64,000 bases of DNA from an uncultured Deinococcaceae bacterium (GCA_964252075.1 CAXULY010000006.1:32001-96000); one strand, 5' to 3'; numbered from the stretch's first letter, positions 19,382 to 30,074 are shown. Translations and numbers: made by a program. The notes: generated by a model from the letters alone, not told the origin.

Positions 19382-21016
19382 TTACTGCACCCACCACTTG
19401 GTGACGTTGACGTTCACGCCGCGGATGTCCGGCGCGAAGTTGTGCAGGCGCGTCTGGTTGCCGTACAGGGCCTGCGCCTGCGTGAGGGGAATCCAGGGCA
19501 GCTGGTCACGCATGAGCACCCCGAACTGGTTGTACAGGGACTTGCGGGTGGTCTGATCGACCGTTTCCTGCGCGCGTTCGAGGAGGCTCCCGCCGGCGGG
19601 GTCGGTGTAGCCGGTGAAGTTGTAGCCGTTGGGGGGCTGGCCGTCCGCGGTGAAGTACGAGAGGTACTCGCTGGGGTCGCGCTCGATGCCGAAGCCGAGG
19701 ATGAACAGGTCGAAGTCCGTGGCGTTCACGGCGCGCGGTTTGTTCTGGGCGTCTTTGGGCAGCAGGTACGTGACGAGGGTCGGGAAGTCCATGCTCTGCA
19801 GGTCCACCTGAATGCCGATCTGCCGGAGGTTCGCCTGGATGAGCGCGGCGCCGCGCTCCCGCACGGGGTTCCCGGTGGTGTAGAACAGGCGAAACTTCAG
19901 GGTCTTGCCGTCCTTGCTGCGCACGCCGCCGTTCATCTTCCAGCCGGCGTCATCGAGGGTTTTCTGCGCGAGGGCCGGGTCGTACGGGATGGCCTTGACG
20001 CCCGTGGGGTACGCCCAGTGGGATTTCGGGAAGAGGGTGTCGACCGCCGTGCCGTAGCCGGACATGAGGCCCGTCACGATGGCCTTGCGGTTCACGGCGT
20101 ACGCCATGGCGGTGCGGACGGCCTTGTCCGCGAGGAGCGGGTTGCGGAGGTTCGTGCCGATGTAATCGAAGCTCAGCTGGTTCACCACGGTGAGCTTCAC
20201 GCTGGCGTTGCCCTTGACGCTCGGGACGCTGGGGACCGGCACGGGCGCGGCGTCCACCTCGCCCTTCACGAGGGCGGCGAGCATGGTGTTCGCGTCGCCG
20301 AAGCGCACGATCAGGCGGTCGAGGCAGGGGCGGCCCGCGAAGTACGCGGTGTTCGCCTGCAGTTCGATGAGTTCGCCGCTGCGGTACTGCTTGAACTTGA
20401 AGGGCCCGCTGCCGACGGGGTTGCGGTTGGTGGCGTCCTTCTGCCAGTTCTCGACGGGGACCTTGCCGTAGATGTGTTCGGGCAGGATCATGATGCCCGC
20501 CATGGTGGCGAGGATCGGCGCGTACACCTTGTCGGTGGTGAGCGCGATGGTGGTGGGGTTCACCACCCGGATGCCGCTGATGCTGCTGGCCTTGCCGTCG
20601 TGGTAGGCGTCCGCGCCGCGCAGGACCTCCACCTGACTGAACGCGCCGCCGTTGTACTTGGGGTTCGCGATGGCGGTCAGGGTGAAGGCCACGTCCTTCG
20701 CGGTGAGGGGCTGGCCGTCGTGCCACTTCACGCCGGGCCGCAGCTTGAAGGTGATGGTCTTCTTGTCGGCCGAGAAGGTCCAGGACTGCGCGAGGTCCGC
20801 CTGGTAGTTCAGGTCGGCGGTGGGTTTCACGAGGGCGTTGAACACCAGTTCCTCAATGTTGGTGTCGTAGGTGGTGGGGAACACCAGGGGGTTGAGGTTG
20901 CCGGGTTCGCTGTTCTGCGCGATGGTGGCGGTCCCGCCGACTTTCGGGCAGGCGGCGGTCTGGGCGAGGGCGCCGGTGATGAGCGCGGCGGCGGACAGGG
21001 CGAGGAGTTTACGCAT
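19382..21016 (-). CDS. Peptide ABC transporter substrate-binding protein (family 5)
   Basis: Signal peptide MRKLLA; LRPGVKWHDG, VGSGPFK. Confidence 0.92.
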   Translation of the reverse strand: MRKLLALSAAALITGALAQTAACPKVGGTATIAQNSEPGNLNPLVFPTTYDTNIEELVFNALVKPTADLNYQADLAQSWTFSADKKTITFKLRPGVKWHDGQPLTAKDVAFTLTAIANPKYNGGAFSQVEVLRGADAYHDGKASSISGIRVVNPTTIALTTDKVYAPILATMAGIMILPEHIYGKVPVENWQKDATNRNPVGSGPFKFKQYRSGELIELQANTAYFAGRPCLDRLIVRFGDANTMLAALVKGEVDAAPVPVPSVPSVKGNASVKLTVVNQLSFDYIGTNLRNPLLADKAVRTAMAYAVNRKAIVTGLMSGYGTAVDTLFPKSHWAYPTGVKAIPYDPALAQKTLDDAGWKMNGGVRSKDGKTLKFRLFYTTGNPVRERGAALIQANLRQIGIQVDLQSMDFPTLVTYLLPKDAQNKPRAVNATDFDLFILGFGIERDPSEYLSYFTADGQPPNGYNFTGYTDPAGGSLLERAQETVDQTTRKSLYNQFGVLMRDQLPWIPLTQAQALYGNQTRLHNFAPDIRGVNVNVTKWWVQ

Positions 21017-21045
21017 GGGTGCCTCCTGGGCGGGGTGGGGGGCGG

Positions 21046-22212
21046 TCATCGGGCGGTCCACAGCTGCTGCTGGCGGGGGTTCAGGTAACGCGCGCCGCTT
21101 TCGGTGACGAGGACGTTCTCCTCGACGATCATGCTGGGCTCGGGGCTCATCAGGACGGTGGGTTCCAGCGTGAAGACCATGCCGGCCTCGGCGGTGAGGG
21201 TGGGGGCGCGCCGCCTGGGGTCCCAGCGCGGGCCGAGCACCGCGCCGCCGTCGTGCACGTGCCGCCCGATCTGGTGGCCGGTGGAGTGCTGAATCTCCGG
21301 GTACCCGAGGTTCAGGAGGTGCTGGCGGGCGGCGGCGTCCACCTCGTGGCCGGGCACGCCGGGTCTGAGGGCCGCGAAGGCCGCGTCGATGGCGCCGTGA
21401 ATGGCCTGGAACACGCGCTGCTCGCGTTCGGGAGGCTGGGTCTCGCCGTCCTTGAGGAAGTACACGGTGCGGGCGATGTCGGAGTAATAGCCTTCGGTGT
21501 GCAGGGCGGTGTCCATGATGAGCAGGTCGCCGGGGCGCACGGCTTCGTCGGTGGGCGCGCGGTGCGACATGCCGACGCGGTTGATAAGGACCAGCGGGCC
21601 GCCGAAGTCACCCTGGTCGGGCGTGGCGCCGAGGTCGGCGGCGATGGCATTCATGCGCGCCTGGATCTCGCGTTCGGTCTGCCCGGCGCGCAGGGTGGCG
21701 TGCACGCGGTCGTAGAAGGTGATGGTGAGGTCAATGGCGCGCTGCAGGCGGCGGAGTTCCTCGGGCGTCTTGATGGCGCGCACCAGGGTCAGGCGGTCCT
21801 CGCTGCTCGCGATGGCCGCGTCGGGCAGGGCGTCGCGCAGGAGGCGCGCGGTGCTGAGGTACTGGCCGTGCGTGAGGCCGTCGCAGCGGATGTCGTGCTC
21901 GCTGTAGTTGAGCAGCACGGTGTGCGGCTGGAGTTCGCGCAGCCAGGCGGTGAGGGCCTCGTCGAAGCTGGTGGTGTAGGCGCGTGTCTCGATGAAGGGC
22001 GCGTGTTGCTCGAAGTGCCCGGCGTCGATGCGGGACACCAGGGCTTTGGGGCCGCTGGCGTGAATCATGAACGCACCCTTGCCGACGGATTCGGCGCCGA
22101 ACACGAGGGGCACGCTGGGGTCGCTGCCCTCCTGGGTAATGAACAGCCACAGTTCACCGGGCTGGACGTGCTGTGTGGCCTGCCGCGCCTTCTCCTCGCC
22201 CAATGTGGACAT
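21046..22212 (-). CDS. M24 (Xaa-Pro) peptidase, copy A
   Basis: D..GYYSDIART, HSTGHQIG..HD, LEP, VEEN; GGGAGG RBS. Confidence 0.9.
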   Translation of the reverse strand: MSTLGEEKARQATQHVQPGELWLFITQEGSDPSVPLVFGAESVGKGAFMIHASGPKALVSRIDAGHFEQHAPFIETRAYTTSFDEALTAWLRELQPHTVLLNYSEHDIRCDGLTHGQYLSTARLLRDALPDAAIASSEDRLTLVRAIKTPEELRRLQRAIDLTITFYDRVHATLRAGQTEREIQARMNAIAADLGATPDQGDFGGPLVLINRVGMSHRAPTDEAVRPGDLLIMDTALHTEGYYSDIARTVYFLKDGETQPPEREQRVFQAIHGAIDAAFAALRPGVPGHEVDAAARQHLLNLGYPEIQHSTGHQIGRHVHDGGAVLGPRWDPRRRAPTLTAEAGMVFTLEPTVLMSPEPSMIVEENVLVTESGARYLNPRQQQLWTAR

Positions 22213-22276
22213 CCGGCCTCCCTGTGCGCCTTGGGGTGAAATGAATTTGCCCATTGTTAACACGATGAAGGTCATC

Positions 22277-22412
22277 AGTCAAGATATTGAACTGAGTGGG
22301 TTGAAGCCATGCCGCTCCTGTAGGCAATATGCCCCGCATCTGCTTGACCACGGGGGTTCTCCGATTGAACTTAGTTCAATAGATTGACGACTGGCGGTCC
22401 CGCCCGTACAAT
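22277..22412. promoter_or_regulatory. Divergent sigma70-type promoters with a duplicated operator
   Basis: TTGACG(22384)-N17-TACAAT(22407) on +; TTGACT on - at 22277-22282; palindrome ATTGAAC-TTA-GTTCAAT at 22364-22380. Confidence 0.75.
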
Positions 22413-22442
22413 TCCGGGGAACGCAGATCCGCAGGAGGTGGC

Positions 22443-23609
22443 ATGAGCACGCTCGCCCGACAGAAGATCGCCCAGGCTTTGGAGGCGCTCTCCGCGCACG
22501 AACTCTGGCTGTGCATCACGCAGGAGGGCAGCGACCCGAACGTGCCCCTGCTGTTCGACACCAGCCTCAGCGGGCGGGCCGCCCTGATGCTGCACCCCAC
22601 CCGCGGCGCCCTGGCGCTGTGCGCGAACTACGACCGCGGGCACCTGGAACACCAGGGGCAGTTCGATGAACTCCGCGCGTACACCACCAGTTTCGGTGAG
22701 GCCTTCAGCACCTGGCTGGCCGAACTGCGCCCCAGCACCATTCTCCTGAACTACAGCGAGCACGACCCGCACGCCGACGGGCTCAGCTACGGCCAGTACC
22801 TCGCCACCGAGCGCCTCATCCGCTCCGTCCTCCCGGACGCGCGCCTGCTCAGCAGCGAGGACCGCCTGCGCACCGTGCGCGGCGTGAAGACCCGCGAGGA
22901 ACTCCGCCGCCTGGAAACCGCCGTCGACCGCACCCTCGACCTGTACGCGCGCCTGCACCCCACCCTGCAGGTAGGCCAGACCGAGCGGGAGATCCAGGCG
23001 CGCATGAACGCCATCGCCGCCGACCTCGGCACCACGCCGTACCTCGGCGGGCACGGGGGACCGCTGGTGTGCATCAACCGCGTGGGCCTCGCGCACCGCG
23101 GCCCGACCGACGAGGCGCTGCAACCCGGCGACCTGCTGATCCTCGACACCGGTCAGGCACACGAGGGGTATTACTCCGACATCGCCCGCACCGTGTACGT
23201 GCGGCGCCCGGACGAGGACGGCGCCCCGCACGCCCTGCAGGCGGTCTTCCACGCCATTCATGGCGCCATTGATGCGGCCTTCGCGGCCCTAAAGCCCGGC
23301 GTGCGGGGCGTCGAGGTGGACGCTGCGGCGCGCGCGGCCCTCATGCGGGGCGGGCAGCCGGAACTCAGCCACGCGACGGGCCACCAGATCGGGCGGCAGG
23401 TGCACGACGGCGGCACGCTGCTCGGCCCGGCATGGGAGCGTTACGGGCCCGCCCCGCTCGGCGCCGTGCAGGCAGGCGAGGTGTATACCCTGGAACCCAC
23501 CGTGGTGCAGTCCCCGCGGCCCAGCATGATCGTGGAGGAGAACGTCGTCGTGACGCCGGACGGCGCGCGCTGGCTGAGCCGCCGTCAGGAGCAGCTGTGG
23601 ACCGTCTGA
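22443..23609 (+). CDS. M24 (Xaa-Pro) peptidase, copy B
   Basis: Same motifs as copy A; AGGAGG RBS. Confidence 0.9.
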   Translation: MSTLARQKIAQALEALSAHELWLCITQEGSDPNVPLLFDTSLSGRAALMLHPTRGALALCANYDRGHLEHQGQFDELRAYTTSFGEAFSTWLAELRPSTILLNYSEHDPHADGLSYGQYLATERLIRSVLPDARLLSSEDRLRTVRGVKTREELRRLETAVDRTLDLYARLHPTLQVGQTEREIQARMNAIAADLGTTPYLGGHGGPLVCINRVGLAHRGPTDEALQPGDLLILDTGQAHEGYYSDIARTVYVRRPDEDGAPHALQAVFHAIHGAIDAAFAALKPGVRGVEVDAAARAALMRGGQPELSHATGHQIGRQVHDGGTLLGPAWERYGPAPLGAVQAGEVYTLEPTVVQSPRPSMIVEENVVVTPDGARWLSRRQEQLWTV

Positions 23610-24658
23610 CGGCCCTCGCGGCGCTGCTGGAGCGCGCGCCACTTGACGCGCTGCTCATCACCGCGCCGCACCAGGTGCGCGCGCTGTGCCGCGCGCACGT
23701 GTCGGCGGGCGCGCTGGTGGTCCGTCCGGGCGGCGCGGCGCTGCTGCTCGACCCGCGCTACCAGAACGCCGTGACCGTCTCGGCGGGCGTCACGCTCGTC
23801 GGGTACGCGAACGCTCGCCAGTACCCCGAAGCGGTGCGCGCGGCGCTGGGCAGCGCCGCGCGGCGCATCGGGGTGGACGCCCGCACCCTCACGCTTGCGG
23901 ACATGACCGCCCTCAACCCCGTGGGCGCGCTGACCTTCACCGGCATCGAGGACGACCTCGATGCGCTGCTGAGCGTGCTGGATGAGGCGGAGGTCCTCGC
24001 GCTGCAGCGCGGGGCGGACATCACGCGCCGCGCCATGACCGCCGCGTTCGGGGCGCTGAGGCCCGGCGTCACGGAGCGCGAGGTGCAGCAGGTGCTGCTC
24101 GCCGTGATCGGGCGGGAGAGCGAGGGGCCGTCCTTCTCCCCCATCGTCGCGTTCGGCGCGCGCACGGCGCTCCCGCACGCGCACCCGGGCGACGCGCCCC
24201 TGCACGACGGGGACCTCGTGACGGTGGACGCGGGCGCCATCGTGGACGGCCTGCACGCGGACCTCACCGACACCCGTGTGTACGCGGCGGACGGCCAGGC
24301 GCGCCCGCACGCCCTGCTGGACCTGACGCGCGGCGCGCTGGACGCCGCCCTCCGCGCCGTGCACCCTGGCGCGCGCGCCGCGGACCTCGACGAGGCCGCC
24401 CGCGCCCCCATCCGCGCGGCGGGCCTCGACGCGCACACCCTGCGCGGCATCGGGCACGCCGTGGGGTACGAGACGCACCAGGCGCCCATCCTGCGGGAGC
24501 ACGGCGCGGAGGTGCTGCGCGCGCGGCAGGTGCTGGCGCTCGAACCGGGCGTGTACCTGCCGGGCGTGGGCGGCGCGCGGCTGGAGGAGATGGTCGTCGT
24601 GACCGCGCAGGGCGGCGTGCCCATCGCGCGCTGGGTGTGCGCGAGGAGCGTCGCGTGA
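23597..24658 (+). CDS. M24 Xaa-Pro dipeptidase-like protein
   Basis: SFSPIVAFG...PHA, VDAG...ADLTDT, GHAVG.ETH, LEPGVYLPG.GGARLEE; GTG start inferred. Confidence 0.85.
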   Translation: MDRLTALAALLERAPLDALLITAPHQVRALCRAHVSAGALVVRPGGAALLLDPRYQNAVTVSAGVTLVGYANARQYPEAVRAALGSAARRIGVDARTLTLADMTALNPVGALTFTGIEDDLDALLSVLDEAEVLALQRGADITRRAMTAAFGALRPGVTEREVQQVLLAVIGRESEGPSFSPIVAFGARTALPHAHPGDAPLHDGDLVTVDAGAIVDGLHADLTDTRVYAADGQARPHALLDLTRGALDAALRAVHPGARAADLDEAARAPIRAAGLDAHTLRGIGHAVGYETHQAPILREHGAEVLRARQVLALEPGVYLPGVGGARLEEMVVVTAQGGVPIARWVCARSVA

Positions 24659-25797
24659 CGCCCGACCTGGCTGCGTTCCGCGCGCACTTCCCGGGCCTGG
24701 GCGCCTACGTGCACGCGAACAACTGCTCGCGCGGCGCCATGAGCGTGGACGTGGAGGCCGCCGCGGCCGAGTACTTCCGCTCGTGGCGGGAGGGCGGCTC
24801 GCCGTGGGGCACGTGGATGGGCGTGTGGGAGGACGCCCGCGCCGCGCTCGCCGCCCTGATTGGCGCCGCCCCGGAGTGCCTCGCGCTGACGGACAGCGCG
24901 AGCAGCGCCCTCGCGCTCGCGGTGCGCGCCCGCCCCCCGCGGGCGGGCGCGGTGGTGATCGAGGAGCGCAACTTCCCGAGCGCCTTCTACCTCGCGGACG
25001 CCCTGCGCCGCGACGGCTACGAGGTGCGCTTCACCGCCGACGCGCCCGGCGACACGCCCCTGGAGCGCGCGCGGGCGGCGCTGCCGGGCGCCGCGCTGCT
25101 GGTCCTCGCGCACGTGAGCTTCCAGACCGGGGAGCTCGTGGACCCCGCCCCGTACGTGGCGCTCGCCCGCGCGCACGGCTGCGAGGTCGCACTGGACGGC
25201 TACCAGGCGCTGGGCGTGGTGCCGACGGACGTCGCGGCGCTCGGCGTGACGTACCACCTGAGCGGCAGCCACAAGTACCTGCTGGGCACCGAGGGCTTCG
25301 CGTTCCTGTACGCCGCGCCCGGCAGCGGCGAACCGCACGCGCCCGGCTGGATGGCGGCGGACGACCCGCTCGGCATGGACCTCATTCAGCGCGACCTCAG
25401 CCCCGACGCGCGGCGCTTCGAGACGGGCACGCCGAACGTGCTGGGCGCCTACGCCTGCCGCGCCGCGCTGCGGCTGCTCGACAGCGTGCCGGTGGAGGCG
25501 CGCCTCGCGCAGGTGCGCGCCTGCGTGGCCACCGTGCGGGACGCCTGCGACCGCTCTGGCCTGCAGGTCGCGACGCCCGCCGACCCCCAGCGGCACGCCG
25601 CCATGATCGCCATTCACGCGCCGGACGCCGCGCGCACGGCGGCTGCCATGCACCAGGACGGGCTGCTCGTGAGCGCGCGCGGTCCGGTGCTGCGCGTGAG
25701 TTTCCACGCGTACAACACCCTCGACGAGGCCGAGCGCCTCGCGCGCTGGGTGCGCGCGCACCCCGAGCACTTTCAACCCGTGAAGGAGTCCGCATGA
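24655..25797 (+). CDS. Class V PLP enzyme (kynureninase / cysteine-desulfurase-like)
   Basis: DGYQALG, SGSHKYLLG (PLP lysine), RRFETGTP, LRVSFHAYN. Confidence 0.87.
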   Translation: MTPDLAAFRAHFPGLGAYVHANNCSRGAMSVDVEAAAAEYFRSWREGGSPWGTWMGVWEDARAALAALIGAAPECLALTDSASSALALAVRARPPRAGAVVIEERNFPSAFYLADALRRDGYEVRFTADAPGDTPLERARAALPGAALLVLAHVSFQTGELVDPAPYVALARAHGCEVALDGYQALGVVPTDVAALGVTYHLSGSHKYLLGTEGFAFLYAAPGSGEPHAPGWMAADDPLGMDLIQRDLSPDARRFETGTPNVLGAYACRAALRLLDSVPVEARLAQVRACVATVRDACDRSGLQVATPADPQRHAAMIAIHAPDAARTAAAMHQDGLLVSARGPVLRVSFHAYNTLDEAERLARWVRAHPEHFQPVKESA

Positions 25798-26903
25798 AGC
25801 AACACGTGCTCGTCATCGGCGCCGGCATCATCGGCGCGTGCATCGCCCTGGAACTCACGCGCCGGGGGCAGCGCGTCACGCTGCTCGAAGCGGACGCGCC
25901 CGCCAGCGGCATCACCCGCTGGTGCCCGGGCGGCGTGCGCCAGCAGTGGGGCAGCGACCTGAACACCCTGCTGGTGCGGGACAGCCTGCCGTTCTTCGAG
26001 GGCATCGCGGCGCTCGACGAGGCGCTGCACTTCGAGCGCTGCGGGTACGTGTTCCTGGGGTACAGCGAGGCGGGCGCCAGCGCCGCGCGGCAGCTCGTGG
26101 AGCGCCAGCAGCGCCTCGGCGTGAACGCGCAGCTGATCGGCGAGGACGACATGCGCGCCCTGTGCCCGAGCGTCGTCACGGACGGCCTGATCGCCGCGAG
26201 TTACGGCCCGGACGACGGCTTCGTGAACGACCCCGTGCGCCTCACGCGCGCGGTGGTGCGCGCCGCGCAGGAGGGCGGAGCGCAGCTGGTGCAGGGCCGC
26301 GCCGAGGGGCTCATCACCGATGACGGCCGCGTGCTGGGCGCGCTCACCGCCCGCGGTCCCCTCACGGCGGACGTGACGGTCCTCGCCGCCGGGCACGGCG
26401 CGCGCGAACTCGCCGCGAGCGTCGGGCTGGATCTGCCGCTGCACCGCGAGGAGCGCCGCCTGCACTACCTGAGCGGCGCGCCCGACGGGTACTGCCGCCC
26501 CTTCCTCGCCGCGCAGGACCAGCGCTGGGCGGGCAAGCAGCTGGACGACGCCTTCTACATGAGTTACCTCGGGGAGCTCCCCGAGGACGACGAGGCTTTC
26601 AAGGCCCTCACCTTCCAGCACGGCGCGCGCGTCCTGCGGGACCTCGGACAGCTGACGAGCACGCACGTCGTGCACGGGTATTACAGCTCCACGCCGGACT
26701 TCCAGGCGATCGTGGACGCGCCCGCCAGTCACCCCGGCCTGGTGCTGAGCGTGGGCTTCAACGGCAATGGCTTCATGATGGCGCCCGCCAACGCCACGCT
26801 CGTGCACGCCCTCACGCGGGGTGACGCGCCCGGGTACGACCACCGCGATTACCTGCTGGACCGCTTCGCACACCAGGTGCAGGTGGAGACGGCGGTCATC
26901 TGA
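25794..26903 (+). CDS. FAD-dependent oxidoreductase (DAO / sarcosine oxidase beta family)
   Basis: VIGAGIIG, DGFVNDP, STPD, GFNGNGFMMAPA. Confidence 0.88.
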   Translation: MKQHVLVIGAGIIGACIALELTRRGQRVTLLEADAPASGITRWCPGGVRQQWGSDLNTLLVRDSLPFFEGIAALDEALHFERCGYVFLGYSEAGASAARQLVERQQRLGVNAQLIGEDDMRALCPSVVTDGLIAASYGPDDGFVNDPVRLTRAVVRAAQEGGAQLVQGRAEGLITDDGRVLGALTARGPLTADVTVLAAGHGARELAASVGLDLPLHREERRLHYLSGAPDGYCRPFLAAQDQRWAGKQLDDAFYMSYLGELPEDDEAFKALTFQHGARVLRDLGQLTSTHVVHGYYSSTPDFQAIVDAPASHPGLVLSVGFNGNGFMMAPANATLVHALTRGDAPGYDHRDYLLDRFAHQVQVETAVI

Positions 26904-27361
26904 TGCTGACCTTCGCCTTCGAGGCGGGTGAGCTGCGCGCGCAGCTTGACGCGCACCTCGCGCCGCAGACCTGCGCGGCGCTGCAGGACGCCCTGCGGTC
27001 ACCCGTGGCGGTGCGCGTGCGCCACGCGATGTTCACTGGCCCGGAGATGTCCATGCAGCTCCCCCCCGACCGGTACGCGCCGCTGCTGGAGGTGCCGCAG
27101 GAAGCGGCCGTCATCATGCCGACCGTGGGACAGGTGCTGTTCACGGTGCTGCCCGCGCGCGTGTGGCCGGGCAGCGCGGGCGCCATCCTCGACCTCGGCA
27201 TTTACTACGGGCCGTACGGCCGCACCTTCTTCCCGAGCGGCTGGCTGCCCGGCAACGCCTTCGCGCACATCGTGCCGGACGACCACGAACGCATGGCGCA
27301 GCTCGGTCGGTCCCTGCTTGAGCGCGGCGCGCAGGACGTGACCCTGCGCACCGGGGACTGA
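26903..27361 (+). CDS. DUF3830-like (cyclophilin-fold) protein
   Basis: APQTC, RHAMFTGPE, LGIYYG, PGNAFA; translationally coupled to the upstream gene. Confidence 0.7.
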   Translation: MLTFAFEAGELRAQLDAHLAPQTCAALQDALRSPVAVRVRHAMFTGPEMSMQLPPDRYAPLLEVPQEAAVIMPTVGQVLFTVLPARVWPGSAGAILDLGIYYGPYGRTFFPSGWLPGNAFAHIVPDDHERMAQLGRSLLERGAQDVTLRTGD

Positions 27362-27518
27362 GCCGGTCAAGCGCCGCCGCGCGGCCACCTGGGCTCGTCC
27401 GCAGTGAATAATGGCCCCAGCGAAACCCGACGGTGCAGGGCCGCCCCACAGCCCGAGCGGCGCGCCCTGCACCTTTCGCTGCGTTCCCTCCACCCCTCAC
27501 CCCTCCCGGAGGACCACC

Positions 27519-29078
27519 ATGCACCGACCCCTGCTCACCATGGCCGCGCTCACCGCCACCCTCCTCACCACTGCGGCGACCGCGCAGACGGGCGGCACCC
27601 TGCGCATCGCGTACAGCGCCATCAAGCAGCTGGACCCCTACAAGATCGTCGCGGACGACGAGCTGAACGTCACCTCGCAGATCTTCGACACGCTGGTGTA
27701 CACCGACCAGAAGGTGCAGGCGCGCCCCCTGATCGCCACGAGCTGGAAGACCCCAGACAGCACCACGTGGGTGTTCACCCTGCGGCGCGGCGTGAAATTC
27801 CAGGATGACAACCCGGTCTTCGCGAAAGGGCAGGGGCGCGAGGTGGTCGCGGACGACGTGGTGTACTCCATCAACCGCTTCCTGAAGACCAGCACGCTCT
27901 TCACGCTGGGGGACGTCAAGAGCGCCCGCGCGCTCGGGAAGTACCAGGTGGAGATCAAGACCAGCAAACCCAACCCCTTCCTGGTGAGCGACCCGAACCG
28001 CCTGGCGCGCATGGCGATCGTGCCGCACGAGGGCATTGAGAAGCTCGGCGAGGAGGGCTTCGCGAAGGCGCCCATCGGGTCGGGGCCCTTCAGGCTGCGG
28101 CCGTACACGCCAAACGGCACCATCACGCTGGACCGCAACCCCAACTACTGGCTGCCCACCAAGCTCGCGCAGGTGCAGTTCGTTTACCTCCCGGACCCCA
28201 CGGTGGCGACGCTGGCCCTGCAGGGCGGGCGGGTGGACGCCATCTCGTACCTGCTGAACGTGGATTCCGCCACGCAGCTCGCCACGCAGCCGAACGTGAA
28301 GCTCATCGAAGGTGCCGGCTCGTACCGCGGGCTGGGCTTCAACGTGCGCACCGCGCCCTTCGATGACTTCGCGGTGCGGGACGCCATCTCGAAAGCCATG
28401 GACATCGACAGCGCGTACAAGTCGGTGCTCGGCACGAACGCCGTGCGCGCCTACGGGCAGGTGCCACCCTGGGTGCCGTTCGGCTACGACCCCACCCTGA
28501 AAAACCTCTGGAAGTACGACCCCGCCGCGGCCGCCGCGGAACTCACGAAGGCCGGGTACGCGAAGAACAGCGCGGGCTTGTGGGCGAAGGGCGGCAAGCC
28601 GCTGTCGTTCGACCTGAAGACCATCGCGGGCTCGCAGGTGCGGGTGCTGACCGTCCTCGTGACGCAACTCAAGGAGTTCGGCATTGACGCGCGCATCCTG
28701 CAGCAGGACGTGGCGGTGTGGGCCTCGGACCTCGGGAAGGGCAACAACACCGGGTTGTTCTTCGATTACAGCTTCGCCGCGACGACCGGCCTGTACTCGC
28801 TGTTCGGCAGTGACAACATCGACTCCACCAACACGCACTTCTACAAGAACGCCGCGGTGGACGCGCTGTTCGCGAAGGCGCTCAGCAACCCGAACGCCGC
28901 GCAGCGCGCCACGCAGTGGAAGCAGGCGCAGCGCCAGATCATGAAGGACCGCGCCGCGATCCCGCTGTACTTCGAGAAGGGGTACTCCGTGGTGGGCAAG
29001 AACGTGCAGGACTTCTACCCGGCCTTCGCGAACCTGAAGCTGGTGTCGCCCAGCAACAACGTCTTCATTGCGCCCTGA
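27519..29078 (+). CDS. Peptide ABC transporter substrate-binding protein
   Basis: Signal peptide, FTLRRGVKFQD, PIGSGPF; GGAGG RBS. Confidence 0.92.
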   Translation: MHRPLLTMAALTATLLTTAATAQTGGTLRIAYSAIKQLDPYKIVADDELNVTSQIFDTLVYTDQKVQARPLIATSWKTPDSTTWVFTLRRGVKFQDDNPVFAKGQGREVVADDVVYSINRFLKTSTLFTLGDVKSARALGKYQVEIKTSKPNPFLVSDPNRLARMAIVPHEGIEKLGEEGFAKAPIGSGPFRLRPYTPNGTITLDRNPNYWLPTKLAQVQFVYLPDPTVATLALQGGRVDAISYLLNVDSATQLATQPNVKLIEGAGSYRGLGFNVRTAPFDDFAVRDAISKAMDIDSAYKSVLGTNAVRAYGQVPPWVPFGYDPTLKNLWKYDPAAAAAELTKAGYAKNSAGLWAKGGKPLSFDLKTIAGSQVRVLTVLVTQLKEFGIDARILQQDVAVWASDLGKGNNTGLFFDYSFAATTGLYSLFGSDNIDSTNTHFYKNAAVDALFAKALSNPNAAQRATQWKQAQRQIMKDRAAIPLYFEKGYSVVGKNVQDFYPAFANLKLVSPSNNVFIAP

Positions 29079-29120
29079 CATGCCGCGACGCCTGACCGTG
29101 CACCGTGGTGGGCTCAGCGC

Positions 29121-30074
29121 ATGCTGACCTACGTCGTGAAGCGCGTGCTGCTGATGCTCCCGGTGCTGCTGGGCATCAGCTTCATCACCTTCGCGCTGCT
29201 GGCCTTCGCGCCCGGCAATTACCTGAGCCTGGCGCTCAGTTCCGGCGCCGTGAACCCCGAGGGGCTCGCGCGCATCAAGGCGGAGCTCGGCCTGGGTGAG
29301 CCGTGGTTCACGCGGTACCTGCTGTACCTCGGGCACCTGCTGCGCGGCGACCTGGGGAACTCCATCGTGTTCGGCCTGCCGGTGGGCGGGCAGATCCTCG
29401 CGGCGCTCCCGAACACGCTGGTGCTGGCCCTCACGGCGCTGCTGTTCGCGCTGGTGGTGGCGCTCGTGGCGGGCGTGCTGGCCGCCGCGCGCCCGAACTC
29501 CGTGGTGGATTACGTGGCGTCCGTGCTGAGCGTGCTGGGCGTCGCCATGCCGAGCTTCTGGCTGGGCCTCCTGCTGATCGTGCTGTTCAGCCTGCGCCTG
29601 CACTGGCTGCCGCTGGGCGGCGGCGGCCTCGGGAACCTCGCGGGCGGCCTGTGGCCGTTCCTGAGTTACCTGATCCTGCCGACCGTGACGCTCGGCGCGG
29701 AACTCACCGCGATCCTGACGCGCCTCACGCGCAACACGCTGCTGGACGTGCTGAACGAGGACTACATCCGCACCGCGCGCGCCAAGGGCGTCGGGTACCT
29801 CACGACCCTCTACAAGCACGCGCTGCGCAACGCCGCGCTGCCGCTCGTCACGACCGCCGGCCTGCAGTTCGGCGGCCTGCTGGGCGGCGCCGTCATCATC
29901 GAAACGATCTTCTCGTGGCCGGGCATGGGGGTGCTCACCATCAACGCCATTCAGCAGCGGGACCTCCCCATGATTCAGGGCGCGGTGCTGGTCTTCGCGG
30001 CCTTGTTCGTGCTGGTGGTGCTGCTCACCGACCTGCTGTACTCGCTCATCGACCCGAGGATTCAGTATGAGTGA
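29121..30074 (+). CDS. Peptide ABC transporter permease (OppB/DppB)
   Basis: DYIRTARAKG, HALRNA, ETIFSWPGMG, DPRI. Confidence 0.93.
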   Translation: MLTYVVKRVLLMLPVLLGISFITFALLAFAPGNYLSLALSSGAVNPEGLARIKAELGLGEPWFTRYLLYLGHLLRGDLGNSIVFGLPVGGQILAALPNTLVLALTALLFALVVALVAGVLAAARPNSVVDYVASVLSVLGVAMPSFWLGLLLIVLFSLRLHWLPLGGGGLGNLAGGLWPFLSYLILPTVTLGAELTAILTRLTRNTLLDVLNEDYIRTARAKGVGYLTTLYKHALRNAALPLVTTAGLQFGGLLGGAVIIETIFSWPGMGVLTINAIQQRDLPMIQGAVLVFAALFVLVVLLTDLLYSLIDPRIQYE

